In this document: positions 49,779 to 64,000 of the stretch, piece by piece
Layout: every line of letters starts with the position of its first letter
How positions within the stretch are numbered: position 1 is the stretch's first letter
NCBI GenBank assembly: GCA_022813865.1
Contig: JALDZX010000007.1
Location: forward strand, 62,001-126,000
Source: Xylographa opegraphella
Lineage: Eukaryota
Length of the DNA stretch: 64,000 nt
Reading direction: 5' to 3'
The notes under the pieces: generated by a model
The model's database searches: none
The model's input: the letters and a program-made list of their open reading frames with translations, nothing else
What the model was told of the DNA's origin: nothing
Program-made: the position numbers and the translations under genes

Positions 49779-50486
49779 ATGGCAGACGACGCGCAGGTAG
49801 GCGAAGCCCACTTTTTCCTTCCCCTCGAATTTGCCCCAGTGCTTCGAGCGCAAAATCTACCAACATATATATGGTGGTCTCAAAACGCAGCTGACGTTGA
49901 ATTACTATAGCATGAGCATACCTTCGACAGCGCTGATGCTGGCGCATCCGCTACGTTTCCTATGCAATGCTCGTCCCTTCGCAAGAACGGCTTTGTTGTA
50001 ATCAAGAACCGCCCCTGCAAGATCGTGGACATGTCCACCTCGAAGACTGGGAAGCACGGTCACGCAAAGGTGCATCTTGTCGCTATCGACATTTTCACTG
50101 GGAAGAAGTTGGAAGAACTCTGCCCATCCACTCACAACATGGATGTTCCAAATGTCACCCGCCGCGAAATGCAGCTTGTGAGTAACCTCTCTAGCATGTG
50201 TCAACCTGTAAACCAGTGACAGCTTACACATATATTAGCTTGACATCTCCGACGACGGATTCTTGTCTCTCATGGGCGAAGACGGTGAAACTAAAGACGA
50301 CGTCAAGGTTCCTGATGGTGAAGTTGGCGAGAAAATCGAGAAGCTCTTCCGTGGCGATGAGAAAGACACCAGTAAGGTTTCAACTTCTTCTACTTAGCTC
50401 GCTTTCTGACTCCAGCAGATGTCATCGTTCTTACTTCCATGGGTGAAGAAGTCGCTATCGATGCTAAAGAAGCTCCTCGCTCCTAG
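49779..50486 (+). CDS. HYP2: Translation factor eIF5A (4 exons)
   Basis: [30 protein letters not shown], hypusine site [22 protein letters not shown]. Confidence 0.97.
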
Positions 50487-50985
50487 GCGGCGTGGCATTT
50501 CGAACACCCTGCAACCTTCTGCATATGATGAGAAGCGCTCTGTGGGCGTATCCTTATCATATCACGAAGCTGGTTTTGGTCATATCTGGGGGTACGTACA
50601 GGACTGTCTTAGCGCATTATCGGGCTGGAATATCTTTGGACGGATGTGAGAAATGATGGAAGGGCGGGATGAACCTCAAACTGTCTTATTAAAGCTAGAT
50701 AGTCCATCCAGAGATAAAATGATGTCGGAGGGCTTCCACGCTATGTAGGAAATGAAACTCAAGTAAAAAATCAATTACGACCTAATTAGCGTGTTTTTGG
50801 AATGTAAAATATGTTTCGCAAAAACTGGTAAACCTACTTGATGTCTACTAATCAAATATTATTCCTGTAGAAGATAAACCGACCTTGAGCGGGCTTTTCT
50901 ATTATCTTTGTCTTGACGCAAACCACCAATGCAGACATCGTGGACCACAATAAAATGAAGTCGTCACTGCTGGCTCACATTGATC

Positions 50986-52979
50986 ATGGATGGGACTATA
51001 GAATATTTCCCGGGGCCCAGGTGTGGCATTGAAAATTGTCGATCGAAGACTTATTATGAAGAAGACGGCCGTATTACGTGTAAAAATGGTCATCAAAGAG
51101 ATGTTCGTTACATATTTATCAGCAAGAAATTGCCTTCAGTATAGTCCGCTGAAGTAGGTAGGTACCCCTAGTATCAAAACCGGATGATGGAGACCGCATC
51201 GGCAGTCTGGGCAAAATATCAAGAGCGAAAAGGGAAAGACCGGAGAGGGTTTCAAGAAGTAGGAACCCTGAGAAGCCAATAACGATTCTGATATGTACTG
51301 ACTAAGTCTAGTCTTGACCGGCAGGAAGGCTTTTGAGCTATTTTTGCAGTGCTATCAGTTATTGCTGCGAAAGCTATGCTATTCCTTAGTTCACGACAAA
51401 GGTTTCCCAACCGAGCTGGAGAGAGTGGTCTGTGATCTGTGGGCACTACGCCTACAGCTGGTCGACGGAAAGCAGATGGGGCTGTCAGAACCTGAGCCGG
51501 AGTCACGAATGTACAGCTCGCAGACTGAGCTTTCCGAGACTGATGACGGACCCGCCGAAAGATTAGGTAGAAAGGAGAAGGATATGCCGACACTCATCGA
51601 TATCCTTGGCCTTTGCTATATCGGTATGATGCTACTACGTATTCCTGCTAGTCTAGGAGAACTTCACCGGTACTTGTTGAGACTGACTACTTGAGGTCAC
51701 TGTTGACTTCGAAACAGGTGGGCTTTTTCGGAAGAGGTCCCTTATACATTACCATTGCGCCATATACCTCGAGATATGAAGTCAAGGCTCCCAGCTCGGT
51801 ACCTAAACATCCTGGACATGCAAGTGAGTCCATTTAAAACGTGAAAAGTTCGTTCATGCTGAAACCATTCCAGAAGCCGCTCACTCCTGACGACCTTTGC
51901 AGAGGCACGTATGAGCTCGTATGCCTCTATCGTAAGAACTTCGGCCTGGAAATACCAGCTTTGAATTACCCTCCGCTGCTCTTCCGATTTATTCAGCAGT
52001 TGGCTTTGCCTTGTGAGTTCCATAGTGTTGGTATTGCTTGTTCCTTTGGCTTATTATCATAAATTCAGTAGAAATGTTCACTGCTGTTCAGCATATCGCG
52101 TCGGTTTTGACGTATCCCTTCACCTTTCCGGCTTCCAAGTTCCGCCAGCAATTCTCTGCGCTTCCTGAAGTCCAGCTTCTGGCACTGGTAGTAGTTGCTG
52201 TCAAACTTTATCATCCCTTTGATCCACTGGAAAGATTTCCGAAATCGTTAAGTGATATTGGATGTTTGACAATAGACTGGGACCTTTGGCAAAATGAACA
52301 GGCAGCGCTTGCAAAGAAGATCAAGGGAAACAAGCCCTTCCCAGCAGGCTCCGAGATCAACGTTCGCGAGCACGATGTCTTCAATATGACAGATCTTCAA
52401 ATCGATACATATCTTGACTGGTATGAGAAGACTTGGATTGATCCAGAGGAAAAGGAACGAAATTATCGGTCTCTTCCCCAGGATTTACTGGACATGTTCC
52501 CTACCGGGCGTTTAAATGGTTCCAAAGCCCCACCGGTCACCAATCTTGCGGAAGAACTAAAATTGTCCCAAGACGCACACACTCAGAAGCTTATTGCCGT
52601 GCAGAAGGGTCTGAAGATGAGGGAGGTCGTCTCCGAAGCACGGGAAGGCAAACAAACTCATCCGGTCAGGCGTCTCGGGGCCATGTACGCCTGCTATCGC
52701 CATGTGACGGACTTCCCTCCACTTGCCAAAGTTTTCTACGAGGTTGCTGCTACGGTGGTTGCTGTTTCTCTACCTACGTTAGTCACAGCTGTGTATTTGC
52801 TGGAGGTAAAGCTGCAGAAATGGAGAAAAATCCAATTGAGGAAAGAAGCTGAAAAATCAACGACGAGTGAAATAGTCGACCCGAGTAGTGATGAGGATGT
52901 GCAGGATATGGAGCTCGACACCTCCGTCTCAGGTATTAGTGATGCGAGGGAGGGAGAACACGAAGCCCACCAGGACTAG
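50986..52979 (+). CDS. RRN7: RNA polymerase I core-factor subunit Rrn7/TAF1B (multi-exon)
   Basis: Zinc ribbon CGIENCRS...CKNGH in exon 1, LFLQCYQLLLRK, ELERVVCDLW, LGLCY, PEVQLLALVVVAVKL and DTYLDWYEKTW. Confidence 0.8.
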
Positions 52980-53276
52980 AGATAATGAATTAATTAATGA
53001 TCTCTGTCGTGACTTGTAAACTTCTGCCGTAGCTATTCCTGAACGTTCATAGTACGATAAATCGCCGGAAGCTTTCTCAACCATAAACATTCTCTTACCA
53101 ATAGGAGCTTGACAGTTCTCCATACATGGTGTTTGAGAAATCGAACTGCCTCTCTAGCTTCAGCATCAACCAAAATCTCGCTAAGGGCTTCGCTAACGCC
53201 CTAGCCCCACTGAGCAAACCATCACCAATTTCCATCATCAGCATCCGCGCACCAAGCATTCAACGACACCGCCATC

Positions 53277-54013
<737 letters not shown>

Positions 54014-54746
54014 ATGAAGAGACGGCGGAGGGTAGAGGCGGCACGGGGGGTTTTAGCAGAGAGAATGGTAGCCGATTGGGAGCGGAGTTTCATGTACTTC
54101 AGCTTCATAAATCAGATTCCTGCTACTCTTTGTGCTGTGATGCATTGTGGAATATCCTAGGAGGGAGAGTCTAGGAATGTGAAACTTGCTCTACCAAACT
54201 ATAAAGTCCTTTTTCTGTTTGAGAACATTTACTTCAACACAGACAACACCCCCTTCAAGAGGACGGAAAAGCCCCATTATCCCGTCCTTTGCAAACACTA
54301 CTGATCAGCTATAAACTTCTCTCATTCGGCCATCAATTCATTCAGATCAAATGCTCAGTGAAAGTCAGGGCTCGTGACTGTAAACCCAGCCAACGTATTG
54401 GGGAAGGTGTTTTTGTGGCTTTTTGGTAATCTTCGAATTAGGCCTTTCAGTGATCTGGAAAGGGAGTCTAGAGCAAAGCTGAGGGAAAAAACTTTGTAGC
54501 TCGCGGCGCACTTGCATCAAACTTCGGAGCAGCGCTTCCACCCATTTCGCGGCGCAGTCCTATCAACTTTGGAGAAGAGCTTCCACCACTTATCTTCCCA
54601 TGGGAGACAAGCCTCGTGAAACAGGGGGTAATACTGTCAAGGGGAAAGCAGCGAATCCTTCGAGTAATATTACACAGATCGGAGAGAGAGAGGGTAGGAG
54701 GGTAGGTAGTATCGGCGCTGGGGGCCGGCAAGACCGTCAGGCAGCA

Positions 54747-55842
54747 CTAAAACTTCAGTAATGAGTCAAGAGTCTTCCCCTCATCGGACCCCGCCCCGGT
54801 GCCAGTGGGCACATGACTCCCATGCCTATACGCACAACTCGATTAGCGTGTTCAGCGTCGGCCGAGAACGGCGGACCACTCACGCGAAGAAGAACTCCTT
54901 GATCGCGATCGCCAGGCCGGCGTGCAGCGCAACCACCACGACCAGCAGCACCCTACTGGTCCTCATGTCGGTTGCATTCACCAGCGGCCACAGGTTCCGC
55001 ACCAGAAACAGTGCGCTGAGCGCGAAGCCCACGGCGACGAAAACCCAGTTCAGGATGTTGATGGGCGACCAGCTGATCAACGCCACCGGGATCCAGATTA
55101 GGTTCGCATATCCGTACAGCGCCCAGCACTCCAGCAAATTAGCACCCTCGCTGCCGAACCAGCGCAGGACTCCCCATAACGCGACGGGCAGGACGAAGGT
55201 GTAGCCGTAGATGAGGCCGCTGGCGCCGCTGAGGAGCGTGAAGTCGTAAGCAAAGTGCTCGACGCCACGCTGAGCGAGGTATTGTGAGATTGTACCGGTG
55301 ATGAAGAGGATGAAGATGACGGTGGTGGCAATCCAAAAGGGACCGTAGAGATCGGGATTGCCATCCAGAATGTCTAGGAAGTTGGAACGCGGGTAGACTG
55401 CCACCCGGCAGCGGCGCAGAACCTCTGAGGTGTCGACGTCAAAGAATTGTGCGTAAAAGGACAGGGTCCAGAGGTAGCGCTTTGACGCGAGTGTAGAGTT
55501 CGAAGTCGAGAAGGGACTGGAGGAGTCGCGTGGAATCTTTGAGGCACGTGGATTGTCATCGAATGCTAGGGAGGAGTCAGTGGCGTCAATCGTGAAGAAA
55601 TACGGATGGACTGAGCGGGAATCGGTACTGAAGATCGCCGACGAGTGTGGCATTTCAACGCGAGAAGCAGGGAAAGGGCTGAGAACTTACTTGAGGAGTG
55701 GAATTCAAGATCCTCCTGTAAGTCGGTATGTCCCAGATCGCCCTATCGCCCAAGTTAACATGAAGGTGGAAATGGTCTTCTTTCTCATACTTCGTACCTC
55801 TGCATCCACATCCACCACCACGTCATACCCTCTGTTCGACAT
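54747..55842 (-). CDS. Yip1-domain membrane protein (YIPF1/Yip5-like), 4 exons
   Basis: MSNRGYDVVVDVDAE|GDLGHTDLQEDLEFH, FYAQFFDVDT, PDLYGPFWIATT, WALYGY, and a last exon FFA|HGS...LLKF*. Confidence 0.87.
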
Positions 55843-56283
55843 ATTGGTTGGGTTGCGAGATGCTTCAGCTTGGTTGATGGGGGGAGGTGGCCTTTGCGTG
55901 AGTCGAGTTGAGGTGCAGCTCGGCTACGCTAGGCCGTCACCATAAGTGTGGGGGTACCCGACGGGATGTTTGGGAGTAAGGTAGGGCTGAAAGGTTCCGT
56001 GGTTGAGGACGTATTAAAGGTATGGTATGCTCGACTGACAGCTCATCTACTGCTGCAGAATGAAGGTGGGCATGCAATGCATGGGACCGACCGCATATGC
56101 AGGTATTGATAATTACCTTAAGGTAGGGTCAGCTCTGTCCTGGCGAGTCTGGTCCGGAACACAGCTCGACACCGCATCGGAACATTGCAGGATCGGCCAC
56201 GAGCCGCACGCATACCTCGATCGGTCGAAGTACGCTGAGCACGAAACCGCTACATCAGGCTAGGTTCAAAGGAAGTTCGATAT

Positions 56284-57601
56284 TCAAGGGCCAAGCAGCC
56301 TGAAGATTGCCCATATCTTGCGGAAAGCATGAAAGGGTGTCCCTAACACGCCACCATTTTGTATCCAGATTGAGACCAGACCAATCAGCAGAGCGATTCC
56401 TACGCCCCCGGCGGGTTTCCGATATTTCCAAATCGCCAATCGTATCTTCTGCCGAAGCAGGGCTCTCTCGAGTTGCGTAACTTGCTTTGCAAAGAATGCC
56501 TCACCTTCTGTCAAAGGTTGGGGCTTGGATAAACCCCTGGTCGTTTTCAGCACACTATAAGCTGAGATCTTCTTCCAGGCTCGGAACGGCAGGCGTTCTG
56601 GTGGGTGTTCGAAGACCAATGTCTTTGCTCTCGCAATCATGTCCTCCACGTCCAAAGGTTTCGGTAGCTTGGAGAGAGTGAAGTGTAGCATTTCCGGCTC
56701 GTCGGCCGGAATCTCGAAGAGTTCTTCTCTCCGCGAAAGTATGATTATGGCAAAGACGTAGACGGACACGACAGCATCTTCTGCAAGTAGAAAGTCAAAG
56801 AGCCGAGCTATTGCACCATAGTCCTCGATCTCGTGTGCGTACAGCGTCAGAGTTGCAGCCAATGCGAAAAATGGTTGGGTACCAGAAAGATGCTGGCATA
56901 GCTTAGCATCTACCGAATACAGTATTGCCGGCAGCAGACCCAGGTGGACGAGCGAGGGCGTTAAGGAGGGAAGCATGAAGTCGCGAATCCGAAGGAGCGC
57001 CAGGTGAGTGACGGCAGGGACCGCCAACTCCTTGCCCAGTACAAGCAAGATCACTTGAACGATATCATGGAAGCCTTGGAAATAGCACAGCGCAGGATGA
57101 CGACGTAGTACCTCTGTAATCACATCGGAAAGGTCGGCTTTCCGACGGTCGAGCTGCTGTTCCGATTCATCTGTTCCACGTTCATTAGTCTGACCGAGCA
57201 TGCTGCCGAGGAAGCTTTCCACACACCCTTGGGGTAGTAAATGAACGAGCGATTGACGTCGAGCTTAACCTGATCCTCGTCTTTGTGCTTCGGCAGAAAG
57301 CGCCAGTCCAGCAGGACCTTTGCAGAATCCGGGGGGGGTCCATCGGATCCGAGTAACTTTGGCCCTGCATATTCAGACTCAGCTCGAGACGTCAAAGCAT
57401 CGTGAGCCACGTACAAGCTACACAGCGGACCCGGTCATCGAGCAGGCCCCCCCTCGCGGAGGCCAACGCAGCGATTGCGGAGAGATTGTTCGTCGTACTG
57501 CAGGTCCTGATGTAATCGGTCACCTTGGTTCTGGGAGAAGCGTGCGTGGTAGAGCACTCCGGCCGAGCGCTATGTGAGGGGAGTGTCGTGCTCCGTCTCA
57601 T
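56284..57601 (-). CDS. TBC-domain Rab GTPase-activating protein (Gyp8/TBC1D20-like)
   Basis: GGLLDDRVR..W, HKDEDQVKLDVNRSF, YFQGFHDI, RIRDFM, RLFDFLL and a C-terminal TM anchor. Confidence 0.87.
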
Positions 57602-58987
57602 GGCTCAATGCATGCGATCATATCATGGTGATCGTGCGCGTTTGGGTCAATGCACGAGCCACATTCAGTCGAATACGTCCATGCAAGGCTGACGAGAGCG
57701 AGATGGATGATAATGCTAACAGGTACCTAGGTAGACTACCTACCTGACCTTACCACCTTACCTTACGTAGAGGGTGGGGGGCGAAGTACCGTACGGAGTG
57801 GTAAATACTGTGTACTACCTATCGTACCTTAGTCAAGTGAGATATCGCTTAGCTGCTCAATCGAGGGAAGAGGCGGGCCCTGCAAGCCCGGTCGTCGGGA
57901 CTGTCCCCATTGTCAGGGGCGTGACTCGGGGGGGAGGGCAGCGGCGCCACCACCCACCACCACCCACCTCACCTTGAAGATAGCGGGCGTTGCTCCCCCC
58001 GCTATTGTGAAGCCACTTAGAGTTTACGTTAAGGTCTTCCCAACCATCCCCCGTACAGTATGGCCCCGTGGCACTAAGGTGGACGATCGCTCCCTCACAT
58101 GATCGAACAAGGCCTCGCTCACTTCCTCCCTCCCTCTATCCCTCGGTCAAGGATCTAGATGCCCTGGCCGCTTCTGCTCCAGACGTGATGCACAAGTGGG
58201 AGAACAGCCAGCCAAGCGGGATCACAGGCTACCTGCAGCTGTCTTCCGACCTGGGCACGACCCGAAGCTACGACTAGGTAAGGTAAGGGTATGGCCCATA
58301 CCGAAACGCCGTCCTCATTCGTGCAGGCCCGTCGCTTTCTGAACTCTCCCAAGGACGAACACCGACGACACAGCTGCTGAGCCAAGCGAAAGCGTCGTCG
58401 TGCATGAGGCCGCTGACGCACCGTTTCTTTGATATGGCTGTCCCCCATTTCAACCTTATCTCAGCGTGTAAATCGACCTCCATTCCATTGGCCCACCGCT
58501 GTACCGCTACCTACAGAGGCTGTGATCCAGGCTGCCAGAAGGATCAACTCTCCAGGCTTGCCGCCAGCTCCGGTTCGGCCCTCTGCCGTTCAGTAGTAGA
58601 ACTTAGAGATATCTCCTTCCCGCGGTCCCATTCGCCCAGCTGAATTGCGCTATGGCGGGCTCCACACAACGTGCCCTCAAGCACTAGGCCACGCCCCGGC
58701 GCTCGCTCCTTGCCTACATGGGAAGGACAGTATTGACGGATATCTGACCGCAAGCCGGGAATTGATTCACAAAGTTCATCATCGTTCTCACTACATGTTG
58801 TTTCACCATCCACTTCCACATTTGAACAGTCACTCGACCTTCTTTGGCCCTTCCCACCCCGTGGCCTTTGTATAGCGGTCTCTAGTCCTTTTTTATGCTT
58901 TCAAATGGACATATATAGTCCCTCACAGTCCTCCACTAATTTCCAAACATTGCCGTAGCCATTACTCCTGCCGTTCGCTTCGACGCC

Positions 58988-61900
58988 ATGGATGGTTTGC
59001 ACACTACATCGGCTGCTGCTGCAGAACACCAAACTGGTGAACACGAGCCTTTCGATCGTGGTTACACGCCACAAGTTTCCGGCGTCTTGGTCCGGACAGT
59101 GGTCCCCAGTCCGCTCATTCGATGGATTCTTCCAGCACGAATAAGACACAAGAACAAGAGCGATGTAATCTTCGTCGGCGATAGCTCCATCGAAGTCAAG
59201 GAATACCGGGGCGATTCTTTGTATGAAGTAGTCACCAAAGATGATTTTGACGCAACTATCAGAGCGGCAAGAGTGATTGGGACTCCTCCAATACTTCTGA
59301 GGGCGGAACAGCCAAGCGGTCTTGACGCGATCACAAAGAAAGAAGATACGGGCGAAGCTTCTGCGGATGCTATGGGACTCGATCTGTTCGCCAGTCCGGA
59401 AGTTCCTCCGCAAATACTAGTATTGGCTATGGAGTCTGGCCTGAAGGATAAATTGTTGTTTCTCTTTGCCTTCTACGATCCATCACAGCGGATACGGTTT
59501 CTTTCATACGAACATCCACTGCTATATCACAAACGATACGCACAGCGCCTCGGAAAGCATGTTGCTGTGGACCCAAGGTAAATTGTCATTCCGTCCCACA
59601 TCCGGAAAGTGACCTTCTAACTCTGCAGATCACGGGCAATGGCCGTGGCTGCCACTTCAGGCTCCTTCATTGTATATACCTTGAAGACCATGGCACAGCT
59701 GCGAGAAGAGGTCGAAAGTCCTGCTGGCCTCCTCCAAGATAAGTTTGTGCCTATCAAAAGCGTATGCCATTGTCGTCCGACAAATGAAACCAGCAATGGT
59801 GAGACTGAATGGTTCTGTAGGAACGACTCATGAAACTCGACGGCGTCATTCTGAAGATGGAATTCTTGCATCCACGTCGCGAGGATGAATATCATGTGGT
59901 TCTGCTCATAGTCTTCTCCATCGGGGAGCGTATCAAGCTACGGGTCTATGACTGGGACCACGCAAAAGACTTACAGAGCATCGTGACAGGAGGCGATTTC
60001 CTCGTGGGATCAAACAAGCGGGTGCCGCTCCTCCTAATTCCATTCACTTTAACCACCGGCTTCATCTTGGTCTCTGAGGATACAATGGCTTTCTACCATA
60101 ACATCTTCGCTCGAAGTATGGTACCAGCTTACCTGAAGCATGCGCATGAGGATATCAAAGAGCCTGGTAGCTCACGACGATTACCTCTCTTCACAAGCTG
60201 GGCTCGGCCTACGAGACGAGAAGATTGGAATTTGAAGAACGACGCTTTCTATCTATGTCGTGAGGATGGCGTTGTCTTGTTTCTGGAATTCTGTCGTGAT
60301 GCCTTACCGCTTTCAATCAAGTCTGAGCTTGGTGGAATCAGTGTTAACGTCGATACGGCATTTGCGGTACTTTTCGATGGCGGAATCGGCAATTCTCAAA
60401 TAGACGGTCGCAGCTACGATATGCTCGTGGCGGCTGGTGACATGAGCAATGGAGTTGTTGCGCGATTTGAAGCCCGCAAGCGACCCGAGCCTCATAAATC
60501 TATCCCAAACTGGGCACCAATGATGGATTTCTGTACAGCTCATGTCGCGCCGGATTTTGCATCCAGCGCAGCTCGTCCGAGCATACCATACGAGTCTCGA
60601 ATCCACGAGCACGAGCGGGTGTTCGGTTGTTTCGGGAGGGGGAGAGACCACGGTGCTGTGGGAGAAATACAAATGGGTGTCGAGGCGAGCTCCAGAATCA
60701 ATTTCGAAATCAATAACGGGACCACGGGCATGTGGATCTTACCCGATGTTTCTGGGTCTTCCAGTAGTACCTGTGTGCTGATGACAAACCTTGAAGACAT
60801 GACGACGCTTCTCCGTATTCAGAACGACGGTTCCGGTGCCGAAGAGATTGTGGACCTCGAAGATCTGTGTGGAATCGATGTTGACTCTGTCACTTTGACA
60901 GCCGGTAGTACTCTCGCTCATGTTGTAATCCAAATCACTAAGCGATCCATACGAGCTTTGAGTCCCCAATTGGGTTGTCGCTTTATCCACACTTTCGAAA
61001 AGGAGACAGTCACGCTGGCTCATATCGACGGGCAGTCTTCCGCTATACTCATAGCTACTAATAACAACTTTCTTCATTATGGGGAGTTCGTCATCAGAAA
61101 CCGAGAGATAGCCCTTGGCTGGATAGACGACCCGGTTTCTCCATTCTCTCTCGCGTCAGAGGCTTCTTGTGTATATCTAGTGAAGTTTGAACAATACAAG
61201 TTTGCGTTTGTTGGAACTACTGCTGGACAGCTTCACTTGTTCAGGGTAGACCACAAGGTGGGTCTTACTCTGCTATTGACGCATGACTTTCATGGGGATT
61301 TCGCAATCTGCGATAGTATTGCAGTTATCGCTAGAGATACGGAAAACATCATCGATCCGCTTATGGCGGTGGTATGTGGACTTCGCAACGGCTCGATTCA
61401 CAACTTCTTCTTCGATGTGAGAAATGGTGAGTACTCTTGATTCGTTCTGTTCGAAGGAAACACCATCGTTGACGTTTAACTAGGCAACGTGACGTTGGAG
61501 CTTACTGAGTTCCTAAGTCTGGGCACGACCACGGTGACCGTAAGATCGGACACTTCTTCCTATTCTGGACCCAATCATTTGTGTAGGAGAGCTCTCATTT
61601 CCTGTGCTGAAAACTTTTGCCGCCTATACTACCAACCTTCCCGATGGGCATCATACCAAACGGTCATACAAAATGTCTGGCTTTCCGCTCCTGATCAGCC
61701 TAGTATCAGGCAGTCACATATAACTTGTGTAGCTCAAGCGGATCCTTGGATATTCGACCAAGAAAGTGTCTCGGGATTCTTGTTTTTTATTAATGATTCC
61801 AGACTACATCTGACCGAGCTCGATAACGGCTTGCGATCCTCTCCGATCGTTCGAAAAATGCCAGTACCCGGTACGCCTAACAGGATTGCGTTTTCACGTT

Positions 61901-63234
61901 TGCTAAACATGCTGGCCGTTGCTTTTACTACCATTAGGGTACGAGAGTTCCAAGAAGATCGAACCAAAGGGCTATCTCAACGAAAACGGCTAGTCTATCC
62001 AACGTTAATGTTTCTCGACCCGAATGGAAGGCATACGCAGGACTCTAAAGACCTCATACATGGGACATTGTACTCGGCGACAAGTGAGCCCCAGAGATTG
62101 CCTCTTGGAGTGCCAATGAACATTGGCCCATCAGGGACGAAAGTATTAGGATTGATGGAATGGAGGCCATCCGTGCTAGGCAAGGAATTTCCGCTACTCG
62201 TCGTGAATACCCTACGCACTCGAAAGGGAGGTAGAGCAAATAGTGGAAGCATACAGATTTATCATATCACAAAGAATGCTCCCACTACTGTGGTGATCGA
62301 GCTCAAACACAATATCTCCGTCGCTAAACCAGTCTATTCACTTGCCAGTTATGGTGCAAGTTCTCTTGTTTTCTGTTCCGGTACAACATTGTCTCTACGA
62401 ACAATGGCAGATGTGGACGGTGTGCCCAAATGGGTTGTAATGCCTGGCTACGAGCTCAACACAATGGCGCTTCACATATCGATCAGAGAGCCATATATAT
62501 ACCTGAGCACCGCTAGCAACTCTGTGATGGTATTTAAGGTTGAAGATACATTGCTCGTGCCTCAGACTAGCGACACATCAGGTCGATCCGGGCTTCATCA
62601 CCTGCTGATTCCAAACCGTTCATTAATCCTCTCTGCAAATACGGAAAAAACTTTGGCCGGATTGTGGCAGTCACCAGAACCGCCTCTTGATAGATCCTCT
62701 CGCACAGTGTTTGAAGCCATCCTCCCTGTATCGATCCGAAAGCTCTGTGAAGGCTCTATCAAGCCGCCATGGCTTATTATCCCCGAGACGAGTCCTAGAG
62801 TGATCCTTGGAAGCAGTATAGATGGGTCGTTCCGTCAATTCGAACTGATCAATGAGGACACATGGCGTCTGCTACGCTTCATACAAAATATGGCCGAGAG
62901 AAATGCAACGCTCTGTCCCTATACCTATGCCGAGTCACTAATGACGCACATCGAGCCGAGACTCCGAGAGAAATGTATGGAAATTAAGGGCGATCTATTG
63001 TGCCGTTTGCTAGACCGTGGTTCACCGGACACTGCCGCGTTACTGCATGCCATGTTGGAGAAGGAGCCAGATTTGGACCGACGAGCGTATGATTTTGACA
63101 CCTGGCAAGCTCGGCAACAAAGGTTCTTTGAGATTGTCGATATCGCGCTCGAACCCACAACTCTGCAGAAGCAGGACCGCGTCAAAGTTGTGGTCGACTT
63201 TCTGAGAAGAAAGATTCTTCCACCTGTAATATAG
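58988..63234 (+). CDS. Mms1/DDB1/CPSF-A-like multi-beta-propeller protein (4 exons)
   Basis: GVLVRTVVPSPLIRWILPARIR, LGKHVAVDPR|SRAMAVAA, GVILKMEFLHP, WARP, PNWAPMMDF, PGTPNRI, PVYSL and RLLRFIQN. Confidence 0.8.
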
Positions 63235-63891
63235 TATGAAGGTACTCGGGATTTCTGCTGTTGCGGACGTGGCGAAGCAAACCATAAGGCATCGGCATAC
63301 AAGCGGACCCTGGAGAATGATTTTGCCTGATTACCTTCGGTGATCTATCTCGGATTATGCATCGCCTATCATATGGGCTAGGATATTGACATTCTTGTAC
63401 TAAATTTGCTAGTGTAAGCGATGTGGCACATCGTCTCCTGTCTTCCTCGGACAATGGAGATCTCTGTTAAAAAATATCAAGCCTGTAGATGTGATATAAT
63501 CACACATCGTGATATATGCTGGAACATCCCATTTAATAATGCTACGTACTAAAAGTAAGCCGGGTCAGGACTCCGGCCTTCAGACTAGGGCTTCTCTCGG
63601 CTATCGTAATCTAGCCGCCACCCCGCTAACTTTACTACGTAGTTTCCATGTTAGGGAACCGTCAAATAAACCGTCCAAGACGCCACACAAAGGTTCTCCT
63701 AGCTCCCAGTACGATACACCATCTACGTTCGGTCAACTGTCTCGTAGAACTACAGAGACCTTGCGAGCTGAGTTAAACCGCGGCCGGCACAAACCTCTTA
63801 TCTGCTCCGCAGAGGAGACCATCGCTACTCGTGCAACCAGTCACACTCCCAAAGACGCCAATTTTAAGGTACAGCGAATCAAGTCGCTACC

Positions 63892-64000
63892 ATGCCGCCT
63901 AAGAAGAAAGGGAACAAAAAGGGCAACGACGATTGGGAGTCGGAACTTGGCGAAGTTCCAGACCCAATCGCGGCTGCTGCCCGAGAGGCCAAGGAGGAGG
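63892..64000 (+). CDS. Probable N-terminus of translation initiation factor eIF5B (truncated by window end)
   Basis: MPPKKKGNKKGNDDWESELGE matches my recollection of Pezizomycotina eIF5B N-termini; only 36 codons are visible. Confidence 0.6.
   Translation, partial: MPPKKKGNKKGNDDWESELGEVPDPIAAAAREAKEE

Overview
Genomic DNA of a filamentous ascomycete (Pezizomycotina). The evidence is short GT-AG introns with CTAAC/CTGAC branch sites and fungal housekeeping genes; a lichen-forming fungus is plausible but cannot be proven from the sequence. The left flank carries THI80, L-2-hydroxyglutarate dehydrogenase, a conserved coiled-coil protein, a PH-domain protein and SEC62. The right flank carries an AA11 LPMO, VPS52, eIF5A, RRN7, ubiquitin-eL40, a Yip1-domain gene, a TBC Rab-GAP, an Mms1/DDB1-like propeller and the start of eIF5B. 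Between them lies a ~28.5 kb aromatic-polyketide gene cluster (about 14.2-42.7 kb). It contains a non-reducing PKS (SAT-KS-AT-PT-ACP-ACP-cMT-alpha/beta-hydrolase, ~2619 aa once five exons are joined), two P450s (one lacking the I-helix acid-alcohol pair), an O-methyltransferase, an AsaB/CTB9-type dioxygenase, a BBE-like flavoenzyme, a secreted six-bladed beta-propeller, a 14-TM MFS exporter, a Zn2Cys6 regulator and an aldo-keto reductase broken by a single stop codon. Cluster promoters share dense TTCGG/CCGAA half-sites. The working hypothesis (inference only) is an expanded atranorin-like locus making a highly oxidised methylorsellinate depside or depsidone. Family assignments rest on motifs I recognised by eye; no database search was run.
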